Below, in pieces: positions 45,775 to 56,503 of a stretch of 64,000 nucleotides of DNA. The stretch spans positions 960,001 through 1,024,000 of the forward strand of contig CAVVMW010000006.1 in the NCBI GenBank assembly GCA_963749495.1, written 5' to 3'. The notes beneath the pieces are model-generated. The model was not told where the DNA came from and did not search any database. It saw nothing but the letters and a program-made list of their open reading frames with translations. Origin of the DNA: an uncultured bacterium. Its GTDB lineage: Bacteria > Verrucomicrobiota > Verrucomicrobiia > Limisphaerales > UBA8199. The translations under genes and the position numbers were made by a program. How positions within the stretch are numbered: position 1 is the first letter of the stretch; each line of letters starts with the position of its first letter.

Positions 45775-45989
45775 CGTTTCTTCTCGCTGAAGGTGAACAA
45801 ATCCCGAACCTCCACCTTGAGGACTTTCGCGAAGGTCTCCAATCCTCCAACAGAAGGCGCGTTCACGCCGCGCTCGACCAAGCTGATAAACTCAACCGAG
45901 CAGCCGACACCTTCTGCCAACTGTTCCTGGGCGAGTTCCCTCGCCCGGCGCAGTTCCGCGATTCGGCGTCCGAGTTTTTTCTGAAGCAT
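45771..45989 (-). CDS. XRE HTH controller (C) protein
   Basis: LGRRIAELR..LAQEQLAE..ISLVERG..PS; overlaps the REase start. Confidence 0.85.
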   Translation of the reverse strand: MLQKKLGRRIAELRRARELAQEQLAEGVGCSVEFISLVERGVNAPSVGGLETFAKVLKVEVRDLFTFSEKKR

Positions 45990-46039
45990 GTCGTTTAACT
46001 ACCACCCCTGGCGCTCCCATGCCACGGAGCTAAACTACG
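45990..46039 (-). promoter_or_regulatory. Putative C-protein operator (inverted pair of boxes)
   Basis: Minus strand CGTAGTTTAGCTCC...GGTAGTTAAACGAC immediately before the C gene ATG; same motif as 43194-43207. Confidence 0.65.
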
Positions 46040-46169
46040 GGTGTCCGCTCCTAGCGCGTGGCCTTGCAACTCCTGAGTGCTCCCGGAGGCCGCCCTGATG
46101 CGCAGCCTAAGAGGGGTGAAGAACGAGAGACCGCGAAAGGGGTCTCAGTATCATGCGGTGTCTTCGAAG

Positions 46170-46503
46170 GGCACCCCCCGGCAACCTCCTTTCTCAAGCT
46201 GCCGCCGATGCCGATGGCGATGGCGCTGACAACTGGCACGAGTACCTCGCCGGCACCGACCCCCACCGACCCCAACTCCTGCCTCCGCGTCTCCACCCTC
46301 CAACCCCTCTCCGCCCCGGGCACCAACTGCATTGTCCGATGGCCCAGCGTCGCCGGCAAACAATACATCGTCGAATCCTCCCCCTCCCTCTGGCCCCCCA
46401 ACTGGACCCCGTCTCCACCAACTCCGGCTCCGGCGCCGACTTGGAATTCCAAGACACCTCCAGCGGGACGGTAAGCTTCTACCGCGTCCGCCTCGCCCAG
46501 TGA
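46170..46503 (+). pseudogene. Displaced 3' fragment of the NHL gene (direct repeat copy B, repeat extends to 46647)
   Basis: GNLLSQAAADADGDGADNWHEYLAGTD..FYRVRLAQ* with no 5' part. Confidence 0.9.
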
Positions 46504-46650
46504 CTCCGGGCCCCGCCGCATCATCGCGGCCAGGGGAGATGGCAGAAAAATGTGACGGCAGAAAGATAAATGCCTGCACATGCTCCTGCCCGGCCCAAAG
46601 GGCAGGCAGAACCTGGCCCAAGGCTGAGGCCGCCAGGCCGATGCCCTGCT

Positions 46651-46784
46651 GCACCAGACTTTGGATGATTTTGGTGTCTTTGTCGCAGCCTTTGTCGCAA
46701 CCTTTGTCGAGCTCATCCGGATTTCGACAAAGGTTTCGACAAAGGCTGCGACAAAGGTCCTGAAAGTCACTCAAGGTCCGGTGC
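46651..46784. mobile_element. MITE-like palindromic element (about 134 bp, imperfect 22-bp TIRs)
   Basis: GCACCAGACTTTGGATGATTT / GAAAGTCACTCAAGGTCCGGTGC ends; 12-bp internal inverted units; sits between two family D repeats. Confidence 0.65.
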
Positions 46785-46842
46785 CGTAGGCCTCAGCCCT
46801 GGGCTGGGTTCTTGCGGCGCGTGGGCCGCTTTGCACACCTGC

Positions 46843-48330
46843 TCAACTGCCCGGGCGCGGTCGCGCGGTGTTGAAGGGGATGTAGAACAATCGCACGCGG
46901 CTGCCGGCGGGGCCGGCTTGGTGCTGGTAGAGACCGAAAAAGGCGGAGACCCGGGTCGAGTCGGCGGTGGTCTGGCGTCGGCAGAAGTTCCAGAGCAGAG
47001 ATTGGCTGGCGGCGCCGGTCCTGGGGTTTTTCTCGGCGCGCCAGAACGAATAGAGCGGGGCGTATTCACGCTCGATGCTCGGGTTGTCGGGGAAGAACGG
47101 TTCGAGGATGCCGAGGACCTGGAGGCGGCGGTTGCCGCTGGCTTCGCGATGGAAGGTGAAGAAGGGCCAGAGGTCAACCCGCCGGCCGGAGCGCCCGGTC
47201 TCGGTGCTCCTGGTGATCTGGTCGGAGTAGAGGAAGAACAGGATGCGGGTGCGGCGGCGGTCCAATGGAGGCGCGTGGATGCGCTGTAGCTTATAGACGG
47301 GCCAGAGATAGAAATCGCTGAGGAGGTTCGAGTTGTAGGAATGGCTGTAAAAGGGCCAGACGCGGGAGGTGTATTTGCCCCGGCCGCGGGCGAACTCGAC
47401 CAGGGGCCAGGGGGCTTGCCACTCGCGGTATTTCTTCTCGCGATCCTCGATGCGGGAGAAGAAGGGCCAGAGCACGGTAGTGGAATCGCGCTTGGGCGAG
47501 CGCAGCGTGCTGTAGGCGGGGATGAAACCCATTTGGTGCTCGGGATTGTCGCAGCCGATGCCAGAGTGCTGGTTGAAATAGATGGGCCAGAGCACGAAGC
47601 GCTTGTCGTGGCCCGGAATGGTCTCGACTTCGTTGAATCCGTTGGTGCGGGTGCTGATGTCCTTGTGCTCGTGGCCGGTGAAAGGCCAAAGCTGCCATCC
47701 GCGCAAGCCCCGCCCGTGCCGGAGGTGGAACAATGGGTAGAGATAATTGTCGGTCACCGCGTCTCCTTTGCGGGTCTCGCTGTAGGCGGGAAACATCACG
47801 TAGTAGATCTCGTCGCGAAACAGGCGGTTTTTCAGATGCCCATAAAAAGGGCCATAGGCGGTGTAGTCCTGGCTGGGGTCCGACGAGCGTTGCTGGAAAT
47901 AGAGCGGGAAGAGGGTGATGCGATGGCGTTCGTTCTCGTGCTGGGTCGGGCCGCCGGCGAAGCTGAGGAGCTGGAAGAAATGCCAACGGTACTGCCTGCC
48001 ATAGCGGACATACGACATTATCGGGTAGCCAAACCTCCATTCGCTCGAATCGGTTGCCGGATCGCTCGTCCCCCAGCAGAGGGGGGGCAGCGCCCAGGTC
48101 TTGCGCGACTCCTGTTGTTCCTTTTGGAAAAACGGGCCGGCAACCTCAGTGGCTTGGCCGGGCGCCAGCGTGAGGCTGAAATGGTCGTAGAGCGGCCCGG
48201 CATGGAGGGCCTCGCCAGCCAGCGTGGGCAGGGGAAGGAGCAGGAGCAAAGGAAACAGCGATAACGTTATTGGAACCTCGTTTCCCACTGAGAATACCCT
48301 CCTGAGATAAGTATTGACATTAAACCTCAT
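46843..48330 (-). CDS. Exported or outer-membrane hypothetical protein with repeated LWPF motifs
   Basis: MRFNVN.. with signal-like LFPLLLLLPLPTLA; many aromatic WPF/YP repeats; in frame with the upstream MMPL ORF. Confidence 0.65.
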   Translation of the reverse strand: MRFNVNTYLRRVFSVGNEVPITLSLFPLLLLLPLPTLAGEALHAGPLYDHFSLTLAPGQATEVAGPFFQKEQQESRKTWALPPLCWGTSDPATDSSEWRFGYPIMSYVRYGRQYRWHFFQLLSFAGGPTQHENERHRITLFPLYFQQRSSDPSQDYTAYGPFYGHLKNRLFRDEIYYVMFPAYSETRKGDAVTDNYLYPLFHLRHGRGLRGWQLWPFTGHEHKDISTRTNGFNEVETIPGHDKRFVLWPIYFNQHSGIGCDNPEHQMGFIPAYSTLRSPKRDSTTVLWPFFSRIEDREKKYREWQAPWPLVEFARGRGKYTSRVWPFYSHSYNSNLLSDFYLWPVYKLQRIHAPPLDRRRTRILFFLYSDQITRSTETGRSGRRVDLWPFFTFHREASGNRRLQVLGILEPFFPDNPSIEREYAPLYSFWRAEKNPRTGAASQSLLWNFCRRQTTADSTRVSAFFGLYQHQAGPAGSRVRLFYIPFNTARPRPGS

Positions 48331-48343
48331 TGCTCTAAGCTCG

Positions 48344-51159
48344 TTACAGAATTGAGGTTGTTGACCTTGGTTCCTCCCGAACCCAGCGTCGATCGTGCAT
48401 TGTTGGCGCTGGGTCGCTTCATCTTGGGGAGGCGTGGTGGGGGGACTCTGGAGGCTGGGGTGGCTGTAAAGCAGGCTCAGGAGCGCCGGCAGGGAGGTCA
48501 GGCCGGCTATCATGCAGGTGGCCAGGCCGGTGGACATAACATAGCCCAGGCTCTGGAGGCCCTGGTGCTTGCCCAGGACCAGGCTTCCGAAGCCGGCGAT
48601 GGTCGTCAGACCGGAGATGAACACGGCCTTGCCGGTGCTCCTGGCCAGGATGCCGGGGGTTTGCTCCTCCGCGTAGCGGTTGAGGATGTGGATGCCGTTG
48701 GTGACGCCAATCCCAATGACCAGCGGCAGGGTCATGATGTTGGCGGGGTTCAGAGGCACATTGAACAAGCCCATCAAGCCCGCCAGCCAGAGCGAGCCCA
48801 CAGCCACAGGCACCAGGGCGAGCACGATCGAGGAGACACTCCGGAAATGGAGCAGGATCAAAAGGACAATGGCAGCGAGCGAGTACTCGGCGGCCTCGAC
48901 GTAGCTCTGCTTGAGCAGGCTGGTGTATTCATAGAGCTGGACGGGCGTGCCGGTGACGTTCGGATCGATCTGCCGCAATTGGCTGATGAAGGTCTGCTGG
49001 TTTTCGCGTTTCCACACATCCTCCTTGGGATTGACCATGAGCAGGTACTTGCCCGTGACGCCCACGAAGCGATCGTGGAGGGCCTGGGGCAGGTCTTCGA
49101 CCCGCAATGGCGCGCTGCTGTTCTGGTTTTGGAGGGCCTGGAATGTGTCGTGGATGTCGTCGAAAAAGGCCTGCTGGAAGGCGCTGAGTTTTTGGGTGTT
49201 GGCTTCGAGGCGCTCGGGGCCGCCGGCCATGATCTCCTTGCGCAGGTCGCGGACCGCGCTGTGCAGCGAGGCGATTTGGCCCGCAATGGCGGGCTCGTTG
49301 GTCTGCACCTCGGCGTAGATGTTGCCCAGATAGCCGGAAAAGGAATAGAGCGTCCCGCTCAACTCCGTTATGTTGACCGGGTCGGAGGCGGCCTCAGGGA
49401 AGGCGATCGAGCAGAGGCTCTTCTTGATGTCGTCCACCAGGGCGAGCTTGCGGGTCTGGTCTCCAGCCATGAACCGGGTGAGGGAATCAATGCCGGAGAC
49501 GGAGGAAAGGTTGGTAATTTGGCTTTCGAGGGCGATGGCGTGTTCGAGGTTGGTCGCGATGACCGCGGCAAAGAGGACCAACTTGGGAGTGGCGTCGAAG
49601 AGTTTCTGCTCTAACTCGACCGCCGGGAGACCCTTGCTCTGCATGTGGAGCAGGTTGTAGTCGAAATAGACCTTATGGACCTGTGTGGCCGCCAGGCCGC
49701 AGAGGACCAGGATGACGATGAGGGTGCGCAGTGGTCGCCGCAGCCAGAGGTTCTCGATGCGGGCCCGGCGCGCATCCTGGTCGCCCAGGGCGTGGTCAAT
49801 AACGTTCTGCTTCCCGCGCAACAGGAGCACTGGGAGCATGGTCATCATGGGGATGAAACAGACCAGCAGTCCAAACCCGCAGATGAGGCCCATCTCCTGG
49901 ATGCCCTTGAAGTTGGTGAGGATCATGGCCAGGAAGGCGCCGGCGGTGGTGAAGGTCCCTGTGAAGATGCCCTGGCCGGTAAAGACCATGGCCTTGGCCA
50001 GCGCCGCCTGTTCGGAGCGGCCATGGCGCAGTTCCTCCTCGTAGCGGGAGATGAGATGCACCCCATAATCGATGGCCAGGCCGATGAGGATGGGGACGAA
50101 GGTGATCGTCAGGATGTTGAGGTGGCCCACCGGCCAGGGCAGGAACGTGAAGGCCAGCGTGTAGGCCAGGCCCACCAGCAGGCAGAGCGTGGCCTTGACC
50201 GGCCGGCCCGTCTCGTTGTAGCCATAGATGAAAATCAGGGCGCAGATTAGGAGAGAGGCGGCGCTGGCCAGGGAGGCGTCCTTCTTTGCCTGGGCCATCT
50301 CATCGTGGTCGAGCACCGGTTCGCCGGTGAGGCCCACATTGAGGCCCGGCACCTCCAAGCGGGTCTGCTCGACCAGCGCCCTCAGGCGCTCAACCGCCGC
50401 GTCGTTGAGCTCCTCGGTCGGGGCCTGGGCGGTCACCAGGAAGATGCGGCCCTTGGCGAAGGTGATATAGACATCGTGCTCGGGGTCATTCGTGGGATTG
50501 AACAGGGCGGTCACGCCGGGCGAGGGGGGCGTGCCCGCGCGGCGCAACGAGTCCCGGGCCTGGAGGACAATCCGCTCCAGGGCGGGCAGGGCTTTCATGA
50601 GCGCCTCGTTTTCGGCATTTTGCTCGCGTTTCGCCGTGCGGATCTGGGCGTTGATCATGTTGAAGAGCGAGACCAGGTTGGTCGTCTGCGCGAATTGCCG
50701 GATAAACGGCCGGTAATCCAGCAGCGTCTGTTTGAGGTCGCCCAACTCATCCTCTTTTAGAAACATCAGCGCCTTGGAGCCCAGCATCTTCAGGTCGCCC
50801 TTATAGAAGACGTCCTTGAACAGGTTGGTCTCGCCATCGAGCCGGGCGCCAAGCCGCTCGACGAATTGGCGGTTCTTCTCCGCGCTCTCGCTCTCCACCA
50901 CCACCACCAGGTCGTCCTGGGTGGGGAACTCCTTCTTGAACCGGAGGAAATTCTGGTGGTATTTCTTGTTGGAGCCCACCAGGTCGTCGCGCTTCATATC
51001 GAAGGCCTGGCCCCAGACGAGGCTCTTGACGATATAGACCGCGCACAGGGCGCAGACCAGGACCTGGGACCAGACAATCAACCCGCGCCGGCGCGACACC
51101 GCGCCCGCCATCCAGGCCAGACCCAGGGCCACGGGATTGTCGTCGGTCAGCCGCCTCAC
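48344..51159 (-). CDS. MMPL/RND family transporter (HpnN-like); 3' end approximate
   Basis: GLTGEPVL, ILIGLAIDYGVH, TGTPV, LVIGIGV, TTIAGFGSL; two TM clusters. Confidence 0.88.
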
Positions 51160-51899
51160 GCCTTCACCGCCTCGTCAGGAAACTCGGCGTTGGAATAGAC
51201 CTCTTTGACGTCGTCGTGGTCCTCGAGGGCATCGATGAGCCTGTTGACCCCGGACGCCGCCGCCTCGTCGGCCAAGGGCACGGTGACGGTGGGCAGTTCG
51301 GTGATGACCGCGGCATCGGCCTTGATCCCCTTGGCCTCGATCTGCTTGTGTACCGCCTCGAAATGGGCCGGGTCGGTGGTGATTTCGTAGCCCTGCGGGT
51401 CGGCCTTGAAGTCCTCCGCGCCGGCGTCCAGGGCTATCTCCATCAATTGGTCCTCGTTGGCGGCCTCGCGTGAGAGGATGATCTGGCCCTTGCGATGGAA
51501 GAGACGGGAGACCGACCCCTGGGTGGCCAGGGTGCCGCCGTTCTTGGTCACCACGCTCCGGATCTCCGAGGCGGTGCGGTTGCGGTTGTCCGTGCTGATC
51601 TCGATCAACAGCGCCACGCCGTGCGGCCCGAACACCTCGTAGGTCAGGTCCTCGAAATTGGCGGTCTCGCCCCCGCCCGTGCCTTTCTTGATGGCCCGCT
51701 CGATATTATCGTTGGGCATGTTGGCCGCGCGGCACTTGAGCAGCACCATCCGCAGCCTCGGGTTCATCCCCGCGTCGCCCCCGCCGATCTTGGCGGCGAT
51801 GGCGATTTCCTTGCTCAGCTTGGAAAAGAGCTTCCCCCGCTTGGCATCTACGGCCCCTTTGAAGTGCTTTACCTTTGCCCATTTGCTATGTCCAGACAT
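51156..51899 (-). CDS. yebC: YebC/PmpR family regulator
   Basis: MSGHSKWA.., NPRLR, NMPNDNIERAIKKG, TDNRNRT, LEDHDDVKEVYSN. Confidence 0.95.
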   Translation of the reverse strand: MSGHSKWAKVKHFKGAVDAKRGKLFSKLSKEIAIAAKIGGGDAGMNPRLRMVLLKCRAANMPNDNIERAIKKGTGGGETANFEDLTYEVFGPHGVALLIEISTDNRNRTASEIRSVVTKNGGTLATQGSVSRLFHRKGQIILSREAANEDQLMEIALDAGAEDFKADPQGYEITTDPAHFEAVHKQIEAKGIKADAAVITELPTVTVPLADEAAASGVNRLIDALEDHDDVKEVYSNAEFPDEAVKA

Positions 51900-51975
51900 G
51901 TTCGTGCTCCGTTCACTGGTTAATAGAATATCCGCTTCGTGCCGCTGCTGGCAACCCGCACGCCAGCGCCCCAGC

Positions 51976-52030
51976 CTCTGTCCTCTGTCCTCCGTCCTCC
52001 GTCCTCCGTCCTCCGTCCTCCGTCCTCCGC
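51976..52030. repeat. Heptamer array (GTCCTCC)n
   Basis: About 7 units. Confidence 0.9.
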
Positions 52031-52180
52031 CCTCCGGCCCAGACACGCTCACAACAACCCAAATTGAACAGGATCTCGGCCTCCGAGAAAAAGGCTTATT
52101 TTTGTCTCTTGCCTGGGCTTGCCGCCCGGGGGCCTATGCGAGTGGAGCGAGCCAAAGCGCGGGCATGCCGCGGAGTCCAA

Positions 52181-52347
52181 GGCTGTTGACAAAGTTGTAG
52201 CGCAGGTTTCCAAACCTGCCGTATCGCGGGTTTCCAAACCCGCGGGCCGTCCGCAAACCGGGGGCGCTCGACATGCCGAGGCCCTGCCGATTGGAAATCG
52301 GCGATACAGCAGGTTTGGAAACCTGCGCTGCGACTTTGTCAATGGCC
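52181..52347. repeat. GTAG-type REP/REPIN-like element, family C
   Basis: TTGACAAAGTTGTAGCGCAGGTTTCCAAACCTGC...GCAGGTTTGGAAACCTGCGCTGCGACTTTGTCAA. Confidence 0.85.
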
Positions 52348-52429
52348 CTGCCGCGGAGTCAGTGAAAATGGAGTATTTTGTTGACGGCAGACGGGGCGTG
52401 TTGGAGTAATGACAATCTGATGTGAGTGG

Positions 52430-55345
52430 ATGAGAGCGCAAGAAGACCAGAGTGTGGGCCAGGCGGACGAGGTGATGGACCTGCAGGTCACGCTGGACCT
52501 GGACCGGGGTTGCTTCCTTCTGGAGTGGCGCCGGCCCGGGGCTACAGAGGCGGCAGCGCGTGGCGAACTGACCGCCAAGGCGGAGCATGCGTACTTCTGG
52601 ATTCATTCCGTGAAGCTGACGGTGGAAGCAGATGGAGAAGTGGCGCGTGACGGGTGCAACAGCCGGGGGACCTCGCCGCGGGCGCTGGTCAACCGGCTGC
52701 GCAAGCGCTTTCCGGTCCCGGACCAGCGGGTGCGAGTGTGCGTGAGCGGGGGCGGGACCGGGTCGGTGGAGACGATAGCCCTTTCCCCATGGGCAGATGC
52801 GTGGAGATGGCTGGGGCAGCAGGTCCAGATGTATGCCCGCCTGGTGGAGGCCCCGGCAGGGAGGATGGACGATGAGCAAGGTGGCCGGATGGCGGCGCGG
52901 ATGCTGGCGCGCGGCTGGTTGGGGGCGCGGTTGGACGGGCTGTTGCACGGACGCGGTCCGGACTCGCCTCCGGCTGCGGTCGAGGCCGGGTTCGAACTCC
53001 GGGTCACGGTTCAATTGGTCCAGGAGCACATCCGGTTGGACTGGCTGAGATTGCCGGGCGGGAGCAAGGCGGCGACAGGCTGCGTGGAGGTCACCGACCG
53101 CAACGAGTTGACCTGGACTCTCGAGACGGAGGGGCGTCGGGAGGTCATCCACACCAACCAGCAACCCGGGTTCATTCGCGAGGCGCTGGACCGATGGCTG
53201 GGCCGTTTTCCGATGGCGCCGGGGAGGCTCACCGCTTTCAGCGTCGGATTGGACGGGCGGGGTTCCGAGCGGCTCCGGCTGCCTCCTTCCGGCACGGGAA
53301 AGTCGCCGACGGATTGGATCGCGAAGGAGGTTGAAGGGATGGCCGAGGCCCTGGCGGCTCGTTTCGGGCCCAGCGATGCGATAGCAGGCGTGATGGAGGA
53401 GCTGGCCGCCGAGGATTTCGCCCATGAGCAGCGGAGGATGGAGCGCCGGGAGCAGAAGCGGGCGCAGGAGGAGGCGCGCCGACGCGAGGCCCTGGCGCGC
53501 CTGGCCGAGGAGCGGCGCCGGCGCGAACAGCGCGAGCAGGAACGCAAGGCGGCCCGGAAGGCGGCCGAAGCGAAGGCCCAGCCTGCCGCCCAGGCCGCGG
53601 CGCCAAGACCAGTGGAGCACCCGCCCCTGCCGCCGGTGCCGCTCCACATCGAGTTGCCGGGATTGGAATTCCAGGAGACAACCTTCCCGCTCTCCGGCCT
53701 GGACCAATACGCTTTGCGGGAGCGCGCGGCCCTGTGGTGGGTCTCCAACCAATCCGACAACCTGCTCTGCCTGCCCCATTGCCGCATCGAGCACCTGGAT
53801 TACCAGGAACGGACGGCGCTGCGCGTGCTGGGCCCGTTGCGGGGCCGCGCCTTGCTCTCCGACGAAGTTGGCCTGGGCAAGACCATCGAGGCGGGCCTGG
53901 TGCTCAAGGAATTGCTGACTCGGGGCTTGGTCAAGCGGTTCCTGGTCCTGACCGTGCCGTCGCTGGTGGACCAGTGGGCAGAGGAGTTGAGCGACAAATT
54001 CGGCCTGGACACCGCTACCACGAACCAAGCGGCGGCGCGCGGGGACGGCAGCCAGTTCTGGCGCGAGAACAAGGGCATTATCGCCAGCCTCCACACGCTC
54101 AAGCAGCCGGCGCAGCTCGAAATCGCCCGGCAAGAGCACTGGGACATGTTGATCGTGGACGAGGCGCATTATCTGCGGAACCGGGAGTCGCAGGCCTGGC
54201 AGGCGGTCAGCGCCCTGCCGCGCCAGTTTCTCCTGCTGCTGACGGCTACGCCGGTGCAGAACTCACTGGAGGAACTCTACAACCTGGTGACCCTCTTGCA
54301 GCCGGGGCAACTGCCCACCCCCAAGGAGTTCCGCGCCCGGTTCATCGACCCCAAACGCCCGCGGCAGCCGCGCCAGCCCGAGGAACTGCGCCGCCTGCTG
54401 GGCCAGGTGATGATCCGCACCACGCGCGCCACGGCCGGCCTGGACCTGCCGCCCCGCCGCGCCGAGACGGTCCTGTTCGAGCCGGGCCAGACCGAGCGCG
54501 GATTCTGGGAGCGGTGGGAGGCTGAGTTTCGGGCCCGGCTGGCGCAGTTGAACGCCAGCCAGGCCAGCCTGTGGGGGCGGCTGCTCTTGCAGGCGGCCGG
54601 CAGCAGCCCGATGGCCTGGCGCGAGGCGGTGCAGAAGTTCCCGGACCCGGCGGCAGCGCGGGAGTGGAGCCAGCAGGCCCCGTTGGAGGAAAGCTGGCGG
54701 CGCAAATGCGAATTATTGGCGCCGCTCACGCGCGGCGAGGGCGGGTTGGTCATCTTCACGCAGTTCCTGGAGACCCAGTCGGCGCTGGCCGAGCAACTGC
54801 GGCGCGCGGGCGTCGAGGCCTTCGTCATCAACGGCTCGACCCCTGCGCCCGAGCGCCAGCCCATCACCGAGGCATTCCATCGCCAGGGCGGCGCCGGCCA
54901 CGGCGGCGCCCTGCTCTTGACCCGCAGCGGCACCGAGGGCCGCAACCTCCAGTTCTCGCACCGGCTGGCCAACTTCGACCTGCCATGGAACCCGATGGAG
55001 ATCGAGCAGCGCATCGGCCGGCTGCACCGCCTGGGCCAGAAGCGGCCGGTGCAGATCTACAACTTCGTCCAGGCCGGCACACTCCAGGAGCACCTGCTCC
55101 AAATCCTCCAGGAAAAGCTCAACTTGTTCGAGTTGGTCGTCGGCGAGACCGGCCTGGTCCTGGGAGAGCGATTCAGCAGCGATGAATTCGCCGAGGAAGT
55201 GCTGCGGCGCTGGCGCGAGAGCGACGGGCGCGTGGCCGAGGCGCTGGCGGGGCTGGGCGAAGAACTGGCCGCCGCGCGCGACAGCTACGGCGAGGTCAAG
55301 AAGCTCGATGAAACCCTCTTCGAGCAGGACTATGAATCAATATGA
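52430..55345 (+). CDS. SNF2-family helicase (YqhH/RapA-like) with a long N-terminal extension
   Basis: LLSDEVGLGKTIEAG, LIVDEAH, LLTATPVQN, EGRNLQF, FDLPWNPMEIEQRIGRLHR. Confidence 0.9.
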   Translation: MRAQEDQSVGQADEVMDLQVTLDLDRGCFLLEWRRPGATEAAARGELTAKAEHAYFWIHSVKLTVEADGEVARDGCNSRGTSPRALVNRLRKRFPVPDQRVRVCVSGGGTGSVETIALSPWADAWRWLGQQVQMYARLVEAPAGRMDDEQGGRMAARMLARGWLGARLDGLLHGRGPDSPPAAVEAGFELRVTVQLVQEHIRLDWLRLPGGSKAATGCVEVTDRNELTWTLETEGRREVIHTNQQPGFIREALDRWLGRFPMAPGRLTAFSVGLDGRGSERLRLPPSGTGKSPTDWIAKEVEGMAEALAARFGPSDAIAGVMEELAAEDFAHEQRRMERREQKRAQEEARRREALARLAEERRRREQREQERKAARKAAEAKAQPAAQAAAPRPVEHPPLPPVPLHIELPGLEFQETTFPLSGLDQYALRERAALWWVSNQSDNLLCLPHCRIEHLDYQERTALRVLGPLRGRALLSDEVGLGKTIEAGLVLKELLTRGLVKRFLVLTVPSLVDQWAEELSDKFGLDTATTNQAAARGDGSQFWRENKGIIASLHTLKQPAQLEIARQEHWDMLIVDEAHYLRNRESQAWQAVSALPRQFLLLLTATPVQNSLEELYNLVTLLQPGQLPTPKEFRARFIDPKRPRQPRQPEELRRLLGQVMIRTTRATAGLDLPPRRAETVLFEPGQTERGFWERWEAEFRARLAQLNASQASLWGRLLLQAAGSSPMAWREAVQKFPDPAAAREWSQQAPLEESWRRKCELLAPLTRGEGGLVIFTQFLETQSALAEQLRRAGVEAFVINGSTPAPERQPITEAFHRQGGAGHGGALLLTRSGTEGRNLQFSHRLANFDLPWNPMEIEQRIGRLHRLGQKRPVQIYNFVQAGTLQEHLLQILQEKLNLFELVVGETGLVLGERFSSDEFAEEVLRRWRESDGRVAEALAGLGEELAAARDSYGEVKKLDETLFEQDYESI

Positions 55346-55481
55346 AGCAGGCCAGGACAATCCACCAGGCCGCGAGGGTCGAGGGACGAGGGACGAGGGG
55401 ACGGATCTCTGCCCCTCGCCCCTCGTCCCTCGACCCTCGCATCCGAATACTTGGCGACTCAGTGCCTCTGACCCGGTGCCT

Positions 55482-56496
55482 ATGAACCTCAATCGCCTCC
55501 CTTACGACCCCGCCGCCCTGGCGAACTTCTACGAGGAAGGGCTCGGCGCCCTGGGCGCGCTGTGCGAGCGGACCTGGCACAATCGCCTGGAGGTGGTCGC
55601 TCAAGGCGAGCCCGGCAAGACTCTGGAACCCGGACGGCGGGCTGCACGAGGTCGAACTGGAGTTTGCGCCGGCCGACGCCATGAGCGCGCGCGACGCGGC
55701 GCGGGAGGTCTTTCCGGGCTGCCCGTTGACGTTCAGGCTGGCCGAGGCGCTGCGGCCGGCCCCGCTGCCGCTGGAGCGGGTGGCCTTGGCGGGGGAAGGG
55801 CCGGACCGTCCGCCGGATGAAGCGGTGGCGGAGAAGCTCTGGCGCGCGCAGTATCCGAACACGGCGCGCTGGCGCCTGGCGGCGCCGTTCAAGGCGGCAT
55901 TCCACTTTTCGCTGTTGGCGCTGGTGCGCTGCGAGATACAGGCTATAGACCAGCACTGGTCGTTGCGGCGGTTGGCCGTGGCGCTCGACAACGGCCAACC
56001 GGATGAATCGCTGGCGCAGGCCATCAGCTTCGCGCAGGCGCAACCGGAGGCGGAGGAGATCCCGTGGCCCGGGCCTGACCCGGCCCGCTGGGCGGCCCTG
56101 CTCCGCGTGGCGCTCGAGGCGGACCTGGCCGAGAGCCTGGGCGCAATCCGAAGCCGGCAGGAGAATTACCTGCGCCGCGAGTTGGACCGCATCGATGAAT
56201 ACTTCCAGAACTACGAGCGCGAACTGACCGCCCGCGCCTCGCGCGGCCGCAGCAAGACCACCAAGCTCAAGACCGCCGACCGCCTGGCCGCAGCCCGCGC
56301 CGAGCACACGCGGCGGCGCGCCAACCAGGTCGCGCGCCACGAGATCCGCGTGCAACCGCACTTCGACGCACTGCTCCTGACGGCCGAGCGGGCCTGGAGC
56401 GGCACTATCCGCGTGGAGGCCGCGCACCAGGCCCAGACCCTCGAGGCCCAGTTGCTGCCGCGCGCCCGGAAGTGGTTCAGGGCGCTGAATCAGTGA
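55482..56496 (+). CDS. YqhG-like partner of the SNF2 helicase (frameshift near 55610)
   Basis: Directly downstream of the helicase; RRELDRIDEYFQNYEREL coiled coil. Confidence 0.55.
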
Positions 56497-56503
56497 CACG
56501 GAA

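Noticed and set aside
42580..46647. Duplicated C-terminus of a surface protein as a DGR template/variable repeat pair
   Set aside because: No reverse transcriptase is present, the few differences are not adenine-specific, and the same layout occurs at pgm and gnd.
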